From positions 352,001 to 416,000 of the forward strand of contig CAVZVA010000002.1 in the NCBI GenBank assembly GCA_963778655.1: a DNA stretch of 64,000 nucleotides, written 5' to 3'. Origin of the DNA: an uncultured delta proteobacterium (lineage in GTDB: Bacteria; Myxococcota_A; Polyangia; Polyangiales; JAFGIB01). Made by a program: the position numbers and the translations under genes. The first letter of the stretch is position 1; each line of letters starts with the position of its first letter. A model generated the notes under the pieces. It saw only the letters and a list, made by a program, of their open reading frames with translations, did not search any database and was not told where the DNA came from. Shown piece by piece: positions 1-10,346 of the stretch.

Positions 1-2321
1 ATGCCGCCCAGGAAGCCCTGCGCCGAGTTGGTGCCGCTGGTGGTGCCGGTGTAGGTCAGGTAGGTGAGATCGGGACCGGAAGCGATCGGGTTGACCCGCG
101 TGTCGCCGACGTCGATCGGAGGCTGAATGGTCGAGGGAATGCCGCGGAAGAGCGACACCACGACCGGCGCATCGGTCGCCGGCGTCGGCCCCGCGCCGGC
201 CAGGCTGTTGCCGTCGACGGTGGTGTTGATCGCGATCTTGACGTTGACCGGCGTGCCGATCGGAATGCCGAGCGCGCTGAGCAACGGGTCCACCGTGAAG
301 CGGTAGACCGCCTCCGGCGCCGCCGTCGCCGCGCCACACCCGGTCACGGCCGCGGGGTAGTCTCCCGCCATGTACCGCAGGTTTCCCGAGGCGATCGCGA
401 ACTGATTGTTGATGGAGCCGAGGTTGTACGCGGTCGCGAAGGTCTCGGCCTGCGTCGGGGTGTACTGGGCCACGCCGCTGCTCGGCGCCTTGCCGTTCAT
501 GGCGTAGTTGCTGGCGTAGGGCAGTTTGTTATACGAGCCGCCGCCGGCGTATCCCGGGATGCCATACGGAACGCCGGTCAGCGGATTGATCGCGGGATTG
601 GTGTGAAGCGGGTCGTCCGTGAACATGACGACGATCGGAATCGTGCCCTTACGGAAGCACGGGTAACCGAAGGTATTGGCGGGACAGCCCAGGCCCAGGC
701 GCTCGGGCACGCTGGGCGAGGTATTGCCGAACATCTGTCCCTTGCCCGTGAGCAATGAGTACAGACCGACCAGGTCCGCTTCGGGGTAGTCCGAGTTGCC
801 GTTGGTGACGAACTGTCCGATCGCATCCCGGACCTTGTTCACGTCCGGCGTCATGTCCACCCAGTGCCGGAACGCGTGCTCGTCCAGATCGCCCAGCTTG
901 GGGCTCGCGGCCGAGGGGATCTCGCGGAAATAGCCGGCGCCGAACCAGGAGCTGCCCACCAGGCAGCGCACCGCGCCAACCACGCCCTTGCTCTTGAGCT
1001 GATTGCTGTCGAGGTCGTCGGGAATCCCGTTGAAATCGAGGTCGGGACAGTGGACCAGCCCGGCGTTGGCGCCGGTACAATAGGTCGCCTCCGCATTCGC
1101 GCAGTTCGACTGGTTGTCGCCGTTCACGACGTTCATGCACGCCGTTTGCGTGGGCGAGTCCGGCTGGTGATCGCAGCAGTTCTTGAGCATCGCGCACTCG
1201 ACCACGTTGCCGGTCGTCATCGACGCGACCAAGTTGTCGCGCTCGCCGCTCATCGTGTCGGTGGTGTCCAGCAGGAAGTACACGTCCGCGTTCTGGACCT
1301 TGAACTTGATCTGGAGCGCGTTGCTGCCGGTCTGGCCCTTGTCGAGAATGTGGAAGATGGTCTGGTTGTTGGTGGTGCTCAGCGGCAGCGTGCTGCCATT
1401 GCAATCCGGGTTGGTCGCGATCGTGTCGGCCGTGCACTCGTCGAGCACGTCCGGAATGCCGTCGCAGTCGCTATCGACCGACGACCCACCCAACGTGCAG
1501 CCGGCGACCGGTCCGCCGACGATGCTCGGGCAGTAGATCTGGAGCGCCGAGGTGCACTCCGCATCATTGCCGCCCGACGCGGTAAGCTGACAGTTGCCTT
1601 GCAAGGCGGGCGAGCCGTCAAGCGTGCTGCAGCAGGCGGTCAGGCCTGCGCACCCCGTCAGTGCCGCTCCGCCGCCGTCGCCGCCGTCTCCCGAGCCTGC
1701 CCCGCCGTCCGCCGGCGCCAGCTGCAAGCCGCCGCTCGGCGAGTAGGTCACCCCGCTTCCCGGCCCGCCGTCCACCGAGAGCAGGGGATCGCTCACCTTG
1801 AAGCACTTGACGTCGCAGATGCTGCAGTTCTGCGGCGCTGCATCGGGATTGATCAGAGACGTCAGGCTGCGGTCGGGGGTCACGACGTAACCGTGGATGT
1901 CCTCGCACTGACCCCAGTTTCCGTTGCGGCAGAAGCGCGTACCCTCGCGGCACATTACGTTGCCGTTGGCTAGCGTCTCGTCCTGGCCGAAGCACGAAAT
2001 CGGCTGCGTGCCCGCGCTACAGGGACACCCCACGTCGGGATGTGCGCAGATCCGGCACTCGTTGGTGCTCTTCGGATCGTTGTCGTTGCAGTCACGGCCG
2101 AGCGCGCAGTTCAGACCGAACCCGTCGTGGTCGTGATCGACGCAAGCAGGGCCGGCATCGCCCTTCGCCGAATGTTTGATGCCCGCGTCGGTGCAGCCCG
2201 CGAGCGCGAGCGCGGCGAGCAACGGCCCGGCTCCGAGCAGCACCGACCAGGCTGGAAACGCAACGCGCATCTGGCTGGACGAGCCGGGGACCCACGTGCA
2301 AGCACTGAAGAAGCGTCGCAT
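1..2321 (-). CDS. Large Cys-rich lipoprotein with MopE-type metal-binding repeat and vWA-like domain (3' end runs off the window)
   Basis: Missing from the ORF track because no stop falls in the window. ATG at 2321 follows GGGGAG. Lipobox LALAGC, then CVDHDHDGFGLNCALGRDCNDNDP (MopE-like motif), DSDCDGIPD and DVYFLLDTTDTM (vWA/MIDAS-like). Confidence 0.8.
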   Translation of the reverse strand, partial: MRRFFSACTWVPGSSSQMRVAFPAWSVLLGAGPLLAALALAGCTDAGIKHSAKGDAGPACVDHDHDGFGLNCALGRDCNDNDPKSTNECRICAHPDVGCPCSAGTQPISCFGQDETLANGNVMCREGTRFCRNGNWGQCEDIHGYVVTPDRSLTSLINPDAAPQNCSICDVKCFKVSDPLLSVDGGPGSGVTYSPSGGLQLAPADGGAGSGDGGDGGGAALTGCAGLTACCSTLDGSPALQGNCQLTASGGNDAECTSALQIYCPSIVGGPVAGCTLGGSSVDSDCDGIPDVLDECTADTIATNPDCNGSTLPLSTTNNQTIFHILDKGQTGSNALQIKFKVQNADVYFLLDTTDTMSGERDNLVASMTTGNVVECAMLKNCCDHQPDSPTQTACMNVVNGDNQSNCANAEATYCTGANAGLVHCPDLDFNGIPDDLDSNQLKSKGVVGAVRCLVGSSWFGAGYFREIPSAASPKLGDLDEHAFRHWVDMTPDVNKVRDAIGQFVTNGNSDYPEADLVGLYSLLTGKGQMFGNTSPSVPERLGLGCPANTFGYPCFRKGTIPIVVMFTDDPLHTNPAINPLTGVPYGIPGYAGGGSYNKLPYASNYAMNGKAPSSGVAQYTPTQAETFATAYNLGSINNQFAIASGNLRYMAGDYPAAVTGCGAATAAPEAVYRFTVDPLLSALGIPIGTPVNVKIAINTTVDGNSLAGAGPTPATDAPVVVSLFRGIPSTIQPPIDVGDTRVNPIASGPDLTYLTYTGTTSGTNSAQGFLGG

Positions 2322-2766
2322 CAACTCCCCGGAACAGGAGGCCGGCGGCAAGCGTTGATTATCCCATTGGGGATCCGGCGCATCAATGTGGTTTGATCTC
2401 CACAACCCGCGACACTGCATGCAGGTATCCGTTGAACGGAGAGATCACGCGCATCGACTCGCCGGCCGCAGGCAACGTCGCGCCGCCGCTCAGCGTCGTC
2501 GAAGCTCGGCTGACTTCCATCACACACCACCACCGTCCGCAAACCCCTTCGCCGGCGCGCACACGTCTCGGCCCGCGCTTGTCCATGCAACGTGCGTTCC
2601 GTTGGCGTTTCGTTCGGAAACGGTCATCGCGCGCATGGCGCGCCGCGCAGCGAGTATCGGTTTCCAGAAAAAAATGCGGGAACCTACACCTATGGCGATC
2701 GGCGCAGACGAGCGCGCGATGCCGCACGCGGCGGCCGCGGGCACCTGCTCCACGCCCCGGTGCCGT

Positions 2767-4677
2767 ATGCTTGAACCTGTGGTGCGAAACGCCGCCCAGC
2801 GAGCGAAGGCGCTCGCACTGTGCGCCTGCCTGCTGGGCGCCTGCAGCCGCGAGCCCGAGGGCAGCAGCGCCAAGCACGGCGCTCCAGCCGACGCGGGCCA
2901 CGCCGCGCTCACAAGCGACGGCGGCGAAACCCGCGCCGCGCCGCAGGAGCCTGCCGACGCAGGCGCGGGCAGCGGCGCGCACACGACGGTGGGCCGTTCC
3001 CACGGTCCCGCGACCGACGCCGGCCCGCTGCCCGAAAGCTTGCCGCGCGTGCTCGACGAGGACGGTGGCGCGCTCGCAGCGGGCCCCGCGTTCGTCGACG
3101 TCACCGAGCAAGCGGGCCTCGCCTACCGGCAAGCGCCGGTGCACTCCAGCAGCGGCGGCTCCGACTGGTACAGCGACAACGGCCTCACCGGCGACGCTCC
3201 GTTCATGACCGGCGGTGCGGCCGCCGGAGACTTCGACGGCGACGGCTTCGTCAATCTGTACGTCACGCGGCTGGATCAACCCGGTATTCTGTTTCGCAAC
3301 CGCGGCGACGGCAGCTTCGAGGACGTCACTCACGCGGCCGGCCTGGACCTGCCGGGCTTTCGCTCGGTCGGTGCAGCCTGGGCCGACGTGGACAACGACG
3401 GCGACCTCGACCTATACGTGACCACGCTCGGCGGGGGCGCGTTTCTGCTGTTCATCAACCAAGGCGCAAGCTTCAGCGAGCAGGCCGTCGCGCGCGGGGC
3501 CGCGCTGGCCGACACCCAGGTGCGCCAAGGCTTCAGCGTGAGCGTCGGCGACTACGATCGCGACGGCTGGCTCGACCTGCACACCACCGAGTGGCAGCTC
3601 GGCGTCACGCCGAAGGCCAACCCGTCCCACGCCCGCCTGCTGCACAACCGCGGCGCCGAGGGCCCGGCCCTCGCCGGCTACTTCGAGGACGTCACCGTCG
3701 CAGCCGGCGTCGTGCTGGACGGCCCGCCTGCGTCCTCGAACGGACCGCTTTCGCTCAGCTCGAGCTTCAGCGACCTCGACGGCGACGGCTGGCCCGACCT
3801 TCTGGTGGCCAGCGACTTCGGCACCAGCAAGCTGTTCTGGAATCGCGGCGATGGCAGCTTCGCCGACGGCACCGCCGCAGCCTCGGTCGGCACCGACCAG
3901 AACGGCATGGGCATGGCGATCGGCGACTACGACGGCGACGGCGCGCTCGATTGGCTGGTCACCTCGATCTATTGCGACAAGCAGACCATCGACACGGTGT
4001 TCTGCGGCGGCAATCGGCTGTATCGCAACAACGGCGACCGCACCTTCCGCGACGACAGCGACCGCGCCGGCGTGCGCCAGGGCGGCTGGGGCTGGGGCGC
4101 GGCCTTCTTCGACTACGACGATGACGGCGATCTCGACCTGGCGATGACCAACGGCATCCGCTTCCACGGCAGCGATTTTCAGCCGTACGTGAACGACCCG
4201 ACGCGGCTATGGCGCAACGACGGCAGCGCCTCGCCGATGCTCGAGAGCTCGCGCGCGCTCGGCCTGGTCGACTACAGCGACGGCAAGGGGCTGCTGGTGC
4301 TGGACTACGACAACGACGGCGATCTCGACCTGTTCATCGTCAACCACGTGCTCGGCGGCCGGCTCTACCGCAACGACCGCGACAACGGCAACGGCTACCT
4401 GCGGCTGCGGCTGCAGGGCACGAGCGCGAATCGAGAGGGAATCGGAGCGCGCGTCAGCGTGAAGGTGAGCCCCGGGAGCGCCCCGCAGGTGCGCGAGCTG
4501 CGCGGCGGCAGCAACTTCCTCGGGCAGGACGAGCCCGTGCTGCACTTCGGCCTGGGGCCGGGCAGCGCGCCGATCGACGAGGTTCGCATCGACTGGCCTA
4601 CACCCGGCACACGCAAGGTCCAGCTGCTCACCGGGGTCGCCCGCAACCAAACCCTGACCATCACGGAGCCGGAGTAG
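2767..4677 (+). CDS. CRTAC1/ASPIC-UnbV family FG-GAP repeat lipoprotein
   Basis: Repeated GDFDGDG/DYDNDGDLDL motifs; C-terminal GIGARV...GGSNFLGQ...LHFGLG...IDWP (UnbV domain); lipobox LLGAC. Start approximate. Confidence 0.9.
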   Translation: MLEPVVRNAAQRAKALALCACLLGACSREPEGSSAKHGAPADAGHAALTSDGGETRAAPQEPADAGAGSGAHTTVGRSHGPATDAGPLPESLPRVLDEDGGALAAGPAFVDVTEQAGLAYRQAPVHSSSGGSDWYSDNGLTGDAPFMTGGAAAGDFDGDGFVNLYVTRLDQPGILFRNRGDGSFEDVTHAAGLDLPGFRSVGAAWADVDNDGDLDLYVTTLGGGAFLLFINQGASFSEQAVARGAALADTQVRQGFSVSVGDYDRDGWLDLHTTEWQLGVTPKANPSHARLLHNRGAEGPALAGYFEDVTVAAGVVLDGPPASSNGPLSLSSSFSDLDGDGWPDLLVASDFGTSKLFWNRGDGSFADGTAAASVGTDQNGMGMAIGDYDGDGALDWLVTSIYCDKQTIDTVFCGGNRLYRNNGDRTFRDDSDRAGVRQGGWGWGAAFFDYDDDGDLDLAMTNGIRFHGSDFQPYVNDPTRLWRNDGSASPMLESSRALGLVDYSDGKGLLVLDYDNDGDLDLFIVNHVLGGRLYRNDRDNGNGYLRLRLQGTSANREGIGARVSVKVSPGSAPQVRELRGGSNFLGQDEPVLHFGLGPGSAPIDEVRIDWPTPGTRKVQLLTGVARNQTLTITEPE

Positions 4678-4682
4678 AGAAC

Positions 4683-5486
4683 ATGTACCTGGTCGCGCTG
4701 ACCCGTTGGAATTCCACCGTGAGCATCGACGCGGAGCTGCCCGCGCTCGCCCCTGCCATCGGCCTCGCACCCTACGACGCTCGGCTGCGTCTGGTGACGG
4801 CGACGCCCACGGTGCTGGCGAGCGGGCTTGCGCTCGGCGACGCGCAGCGCCTGCTCGGCCTGCTACGGGAACGTGGCCACGGCGCGGTGGCCTGCGACGC
4901 GGACACGATTCCGGCGCCGGAACGCGCGCTCTTGCTGCGGGGCTTCGCGCTCGAGCCGGACACATTGGTAGGCCTCGACGTACAGCGCCGCCCCGCGCCC
5001 TTGCACTACGCCGACATAATCGGGATTGCGCGCGCGGTGGAGATCAGCAGCCAGAGCCATGCCGTAGAGTCCACCGAGAAGAAGCTCGACGTGGGGCGCG
5101 CCCTGCTCAGCGGGGGGCTGGTGATGAGCAGGACGGTTAGCAAGGTGGAGACCAGCGACTCCTTCGAGCGCCACCACGTCGCCTACCTGTTTCGCAACGG
5201 CACGGCCGACCCGGTGCTGCTCAAGGAGCACCTGCTGAGCTACGAGGGCCTGGGCGCGGCGCGGGGCGCCAGCGCGCACGCCAGCTTCGAGGCGCTGCTC
5301 GCGGCGCTGCGCGCGGCCACCCCGGCCGCCATGCACGACGACCGCCTGCTGACCCACAAGCGACGCCCGGATCTGACGGCCGTGCGCGGCGCGGCCAAGG
5401 ACCGCACGGTCAACACATCCAACGAGCCCGCCAATGCGCTGGCCGCGCATCTGCTGATGCTCGCGCATTTACAGGGCCAGCTGTAG
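4683..5486 (+). CDS. Hypothetical protein
   Basis: ATG 5 nt after the upstream stop; high GC3; protein-like composition (MYLVALTRW...). Confidence 0.75.
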   Translation: MYLVALTRWNSTVSIDAELPALAPAIGLAPYDARLRLVTATPTVLASGLALGDAQRLLGLLRERGHGAVACDADTIPAPERALLLRGFALEPDTLVGLDVQRRPAPLHYADIIGIARAVEISSQSHAVESTEKKLDVGRALLSGGLVMSRTVSKVETSDSFERHHVAYLFRNGTADPVLLKEHLLSYEGLGAARGASAHASFEALLAALRAATPAAMHDDRLLTHKRRPDLTAVRGAAKDRTVNTSNEPANALAAHLLMLAHLQGQL

Positions 5487-5874
5487 CCAAGCCGAGGCTC
5501 GGCGGCCGCTCACCAGGCCCACAGGGGCGGACGCTGTTGCTCGCTCTCTTCTTCCTCGACGGCGTCGGTCGAGACCGGCCAGCCCGGCGGCCGTGATTGG
5601 GGATCGCCGTCGCCCCCCGGCGCGATGCCCTGCCCCGAGCGGCGGCGCTGCTCCAGTCGCTGACGGTCTTCGCGCGCCTCGCTGAATCCCCACGCTGATC
5701 TTGATGGACATGCTGGCCTCCCAATCGTGCACGGCGGGGCGCCCGGCGGCAAGTTGAAGCAAATTGCGCGCCGGGCTGCGAGGCCCGCGGGCACGCACCC
5801 GATCACGCCCAATTGACTTGCTGTTTCGCCGCGATATTCGCCGCCGGGTCGCGGACGCGCGGGGTGCACCGCCC

Positions 5875-6660
5875 TCAGCTCAGGGGGGCAAGCTCGAGCA
5901 CGATGGGGCTGCCCACCCCCACACCCAGGGCGCGGGCCGCGCTCGCGTCGCGCGCCGCCACCTCCAGCAGGCCGTCCGAGCCGAACAGCGCCAGCAGCTC
6001 GCCCGGCGCGACCTCGGCGTAGTGATCGCGGAGTGCGCCGAACGCGTGCCCGCCGAGCCGCACCCGCGCCGCACGCCCCGGCGGCAGGTGCGCGCGCTCG
6101 AGGTTGGTGATCAGGTTGCCGAAGCGATCCACGTGCACGACCTCGCCGTGGACGGCGTCCGTCCCGGCGCGGGGCGCGGGCCAAGGCAGGCGCACCGGAT
6201 CGGCGAGCGGCTCGCCCAGCGCAGCGAGCGGCTCGCCGCGCGCGAGCATGGCCGCCGCGGGCGCAAACAGATCGCGCGCGTGAAAGGTCGAGGAGAGCGC
6301 GCCGGAGCCCATGCGCTGCGCGTCGATGCGGTGCACGCGCGCGCCCGCGTCGAGCAGCCAGCCGAGCAGACCGTTGTCGGGCGCGATCAGGCGCTGCCCC
6401 CCGGCTTCGGCCGCGATCGCCCGCCGGCCGCTGCCCACCCCCGGGTCCACCACCGCCAGGTGGATGGTGCCCGCTGCAAAACGCGGCACCGCGGCACGCA
6501 AGAACAGCGCGCCTTCGCGCACGCCCTGGGGCGCGATCTCGTGGCTCAGATCGACGAGGCGCAAGCCCTCGGGCCCGAGCCGCAGCAGCACGCCCTTGAC
6601 CTGGGCGACGTAGCTGTCGCGCGTGCCGAAGTCGGTGGTGAGGGTGATTGTGGGCGGCAT
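5875..6660 (-). CDS. SAM hydroxide adenosyltransferase (DUF62, chlorinase/fluorinase superfamily)
   Basis: ITLTTDFG, VVDPGVGSGRR, PDNG, TFHARD and VDRFGN motifs. Confidence 0.92.
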   Translation of the reverse strand: MPPTITLTTDFGTRDSYVAQVKGVLLRLGPEGLRLVDLSHEIAPQGVREGALFLRAAVPRFAAGTIHLAVVDPGVGSGRRAIAAEAGGQRLIAPDNGLLGWLLDAGARVHRIDAQRMGSGALSSTFHARDLFAPAAAMLARGEPLAALGEPLADPVRLPWPAPRAGTDAVHGEVVHVDRFGNLITNLERAHLPPGRAARVRLGGHAFGALRDHYAEVAPGELLALFGSDGLLEVAARDASAARALGVGVGSPIVLELAPLS

Positions 6661-6682
6661 GGGTTCCGAGCGAAGAGATTCT

Positions 6683-8389
6683 CTATCGGCGAGGCGGCGC
6701 CTCTTGCAACAGTGCGCGCTCGGCGGCGGCCGCGGCGCGCACGTCACGGGGCTCGTCCGGCAGCACATCCAAGCGATCGAGCAGCGCGCGTGCCTGGGCA
6801 GCGCGCCCCAGCTTGCGCAGCACCCGCGCCTGGCTCAGCAGGAACACCGGCTGCTTCGGCTGGCGCGCCACGGCCCGCGCGTAGTGCTCGGCCGCGGCCT
6901 CGTCTCGCTGCAGTGCCTCCTCCACTGCGCCGAGATTGAAGTAGTGCACCGACGAGGGCCGGCTCGGCTGCGGCCCGCGCGGCCACAGCGCCTGCACAAA
7001 CAGCAGCGCACCTAGCGCGCAGGCGCCCGAGCCGGCGCGAAAGTAGAGCGGCCTGCGCGCGAGCAAGCCCAGCAGCGCGAGCAGCGCCGGGCCGGCGGCG
7101 AAGCACAGTGGCAACAGCGCCGGCACGCGGTTCTGCGACGAGCTGAAGACCACCACGTTGGCCGCCAGCACCGCCGCCAGCTGGCCCACGAGCAGCAGAC
7201 ACAACGCGCGCATCCGGGTGCGCTCGGCCGGCACGCGGCGGCCGCGCTCGCGCAGCGCGAGCAGGCCGATCGCGCCCAGGCCGAGCGCCACTCCGAACGG
7301 CAGCCCGAGCTCGTGCGCGCCTCCTACCAGCTCGGCCTCGCCGCGCAGATCGTAATCGCGAACGAAGCGGTGATCGCCCAGCGTCAGCCACAGCTTCTTG
7401 GCCTCGAGGCCGAGCCAGACGAGCGGCTGCTCGCGGATGAAGCGCAGCGCGCGCGCGCCGAGCACGGCGCCGATCGCGTGGTCCAGATCGCCCTCGTCGG
7501 CGGTCTTCACCCCGAGCCGCCGGGCCAGCTCGACGCGCTCGCGACCGACCTGACCGCTGAGCAACCCGCCGGCGGTGTTCCAGCGCCCATTGGCGTGCGG
7601 GTTGTTGCCGATGAAGAACGGGATCGCGCCGCCGTGGCTGGGAAACACGTCGGGATGTCCGATCACGAGCTGGTTGCGCAGCGCCATCGGCGCGAGCGCC
7701 AGCAGCACCCCGAGCCCGAGCAGCGCGAGGCCGCCGGCCAGCGCTCGACCGCGCTCGCGCAGCGGCAGCGCCAGCGCCGCCGCCGTGAACGGCAGCGCGA
7801 CCGCGAGGTTGGGCCGGCCGAGCACGGCGAGCCCGGCGCCGAAGCCGGCCCACAGCAGCGCGGGCTTGCGCGGATCACGCAGCGCCCGGCAGGCCAGAAA
7901 CAAGGCCAGCGCGTTGCACGCCACCCCGAGCGCGACCGAGAGGTACTTGTTCTCGAAAAACGCCAGCTCCGGACACGCCAGAAGGCAGGCGGTGGAAAGC
8001 CCGCCAGCCAGCACGCCGAGCTGGTCGCGCGCGACGCGGTGGAACAGCAGCAGCGCGCCGGCGGCAAGCACCAGCTGCAGCAGCAGGCCGAGCACCGGTG
8101 CCCCGGCCAGGGAAAGCGGCAACGCCAGCATGTAGGCATACAGGCCCTGCAGATAGAACGGCTGCGTGCCGAGCGGCGGGTGCGCGAGAATGTCGCGCGC
8201 GGCGTCCTCGTAGAGCTGGCCGTCCGAGAACGTCGCCAGCGCGAACGGGTCGTGGACGAGGTAGGACAGGTGGTAAGCCAGACGCTTGGCCACCAGCAGC
8301 GCGAGCAAGATGTGCAGCGCGAGCAGCACGCGGCGATCCGGCGCGGACGCGGGCGCGCTCGGCGTCACGCTCTCGCGCGCGGAGCTCAC
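6683..8389 (-). CDS. ArnT/GT-C family membrane glycosyltransferase with C-terminal TPR
   Basis: Multi-TM protein; SDGQLY acidic loop, GRPN, IGNNP.ANG motif; C-terminal TPR (HYFNLG...HYARAV...P). Confidence 0.75.
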   Translation of the reverse strand: MSSARESVTPSAPASAPDRRVLLALHILLALLVAKRLAYHLSYLVHDPFALATFSDGQLYEDAARDILAHPPLGTQPFYLQGLYAYMLALPLSLAGAPVLGLLLQLVLAAGALLLFHRVARDQLGVLAGGLSTACLLACPELAFFENKYLSVALGVACNALALFLACRALRDPRKPALLWAGFGAGLAVLGRPNLAVALPFTAAALALPLRERGRALAGGLALLGLGVLLALAPMALRNQLVIGHPDVFPSHGGAIPFFIGNNPHANGRWNTAGGLLSGQVGRERVELARRLGVKTADEGDLDHAIGAVLGARALRFIREQPLVWLGLEAKKLWLTLGDHRFVRDYDLRGEAELVGGAHELGLPFGVALGLGAIGLLALRERGRRVPAERTRMRALCLLLVGQLAAVLAANVVVFSSSQNRVPALLPLCFAAGPALLALLGLLARRPLYFRAGSGACALGALLFVQALWPRGPQPSRPSSVHYFNLGAVEEALQRDEAAAEHYARAVARQPKQPVFLLSQARVLRKLGRAAQARALLDRLDVLPDEPRDVRAAAAAERALLQEAPPRR

Positions 8390-8393
8390 GCGC

Positions 8394-8999
8394 TCAGCTC
8401 GTCGGCGGGGTCTGCTGGCGGAACAGCTCGACGCGCTCGATCAGCTGATCTTCGAGCGGGCAATCTCGCTGGTTGCGCTTGACGCCGGCCAGACGCTTGA
8501 CCACGTCATGACCGACCACCACGCGGCCGAACACCGTGTGCTTGCCGTCCAGGTGCGGGGTGGCTCCCTCGGTGATGAAGAACTGCGAGCCGTTAGTGCC
8601 GGGCCCGGCGTTCGCCATCGACAGCACGCCCGCGCTGTCGTGGCGCAGCTCGCGCACGATCTCGTCGCCGAAGCGATAGCCGGGGCCGCCCGTGCCCCAG
8701 CGCCCGCGCGCCGCGGAGTCGACGTGGCGGCTGAACGGATCGCCGACCTGGACCATGAAGCCGGGGATCACCCGGTGAAAGCGCACGCCGTCGTAGAGCG
8801 GCGTGCCGCGCATGCTCTCGCCGGTTTTGGGATCCTTCCAGTCGATCGCGCCGGTGGCGAGGCCGACGAAGCTGGCAACCGTCTTGGGCGCGAGCTGCTC
8901 CTCGAGCCGCACCACGATGGCGCCTTGGGTGGTGTGCAGCCGTGCGTAGAGCTGCCCGCTGCCGGCCACATCGATCGGTGGAAACACGGGATCGGCCAT
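8394..8999 (-). CDS. Cyclophilin-type peptidyl-prolyl cis-trans isomerase
   Basis: FHRVIPGFMVQ, LSMANAGPGTNGSQFFIT, HLDGKHTVFG; AAGGAGG RBS. Confidence 0.97.
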   Translation of the reverse strand: MADPVFPPIDVAGSGQLYARLHTTQGAIVVRLEEQLAPKTVASFVGLATGAIDWKDPKTGESMRGTPLYDGVRFHRVIPGFMVQVGDPFSRHVDSAARGRWGTGGPGYRFGDEIVRELRHDSAGVLSMANAGPGTNGSQFFITEGATPHLDGKHTVFGRVVVGHDVVKRLAGVKRNQRDCPLEDQLIERVELFRQQTPPTS

Positions 9000-9171
9000 G
9001 AGGCCTCCTTGGGGGGTGACGCCGGTCTCCGGGCGCGCCCGTGCGCCTCGTGTCGAGGCCTCGCCGACCGGCTGGGGTGGTGGGCCTGAATCTTGACGGA
9101 TGCGCCGAGCTTTGAAAAGCGCGAAGCGCCGGCGTGGCGCTTCACCCCGTTCGCGGGAACAGGACGAAGAT

Positions 9172-9261
9172 TCACAGGAAGGCGGCAAGGCGGGAAGGCG
9201 GGAAGGCGGCAAGCTAGACGTCACGATCCTCTTGCCGTCTTCCCGCCTTCCTGTTGCATCC
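9172..9261. repeat. REP-like palindromic repeat, copy 1
   Basis: CAGGAAGGCGGCAAGGCGGGAAG ... CTTGCCGTCTTCCCGCCTTCCTG inverted arms. Confidence 0.8.
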
Positions 9262-9272
9262 TCGAGACGCTG

Positions 9273-9956
9273 TCAGTCGCGATCGGCGGACTGCGCGCGC
9301 GCCAGCTGGCGGCGCGCCGCGGCGGCGAGCGACCAAGGGCCTTCGGCGGCGCGCGGGAACGCAGGACCGCCGGGCCAGGCGCGCGCCAGCAGCGCGCGTT
9401 GCACGCGAGCCTGCGCGGCGGTGCTGGGATCGAGCGCGGGCAACGCGGGCACAAGGCACGGCAGCGCGGCGGCCGCGGCGATCCACATCCAAAGCGCCCC
9501 CTGGTCCATGGCCGCGTCGCGCTCGCGTGGTGAGCTTGGGCCCGCGCCCAGCCAGGCGCGGGCGCGCTGCTGCAGCGGCGGCAGCTGCTCGCGCAGCAGC
9601 CAGTCGCGGCGCTGGCCGGGCTCAAGCAGGGCGTGCACGAGCAGCTGGAGCAGCGCGGCGTGGCGGCCGAAGGCGGCGAGCACCGCATCGGCCGCGACCG
9701 TTGCCGGCAACGCGACTCCCGGCGCGGCGCCCGGAAGCTCTGCACCCAGCGCGGCGAGCCCGGCCCGAACGACCTCGCGCCAGAGCCCCTCTTTGCCGCC
9801 GAAGTGGTGGCGAATCAGTCCCTGATTGGTCCCGGCCCGACGCGCGATCGCGTGCGTGCTCGCGCCGCCGAACCCCTGTTCGGCAAACGAGGCGCGCGCG
9901 GCCTCGAGCAGCCGTTGCCGGCTGCCCTCTCCGGCGGGTCTGAGGCGCTTGGCGAT
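9273..9956 (-). CDS. TetR/AcrR family transcriptional regulator (no canonical start codon)
   Basis: RQRLLEAARASFAEQGFGGASTHAIARRAGTNQGLIRHHFGGKEGL HTH is in frame with ORF 9273..9710. The frame is closed by TAA just upstream; the best start candidate is ATC at 9956. Confidence 0.85.
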   Translation of the reverse strand: MAKRLRPAGEGSRQRLLEAARASFAEQGFGGASTHAIARRAGTNQGLIRHHFGGKEGLWREVVRAGLAALGAELPGAAPGVALPATVAADAVLAAFGRHAALLQLLVHALLEPGQRRDWLLREQLPPLQQRARAWLGAGPSSPRERDAAMDQGALWMWIAAAAALPCLVPALPALDPSTAAQARVQRALLARAWPGGPAFPRAAEGPWSLAAAARRQLARAQSADRD

Positions 9957-9962
9957 GCCCCA

Positions 9963-10016
9963 GAATTATTCGATTGAATAAGCTAAGTCAAGATCTAGTG
10001 CTTCGCTCGAATAAGC
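9963..10016 (-). promoter_or_regulatory. Putative tetR promoter with palindromic operator(s)
   Basis: Minus strand TTGACT...AATAAT overlaps the palindrome TTATTC-N4-GAATAA; a related site GCTTCGCTCGAATAAGC lies at ~10000-10016. Confidence 0.6.
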
Positions 10017-10346
10017 CAGGCGCCCAGCTAATAGCTCTGTCGCCTGACCGACACCGCTAGGGAGGTGGATCAGCTTGAGACAATTGTGGATTTTGGCCTG
10101 GGCCAGACCTCAGCGGGGCCCCGATTCGAGGATCCGATGAGGCGCCATGGAGCGCCTCAACCCGCGTCTTCGCCGGGAGGAACGCCCGCGTCGGACGTAG
10201 CACCCGCGTCCGGGGACGGGGGATTGGCAAAGGCCGGCAACCTGGGCGTGCCGCAGCCGGCGCAGCAGACGACTACCAACACCGCAGCCCAGCCAGCGCC
10301 CCCGAACAGGGGCGCGAACAGATGAAGGGAAGAGCACGCTGCGAGC

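Noticed and set aside
5875..6660. Fluorinase/chlorinase for a halogenated product
   Set aside because: The Asp-Arg-His pattern (DPGVG, RR, TFHARD) fits DUF62 SAM hydrolases, and there is no biosynthetic context.
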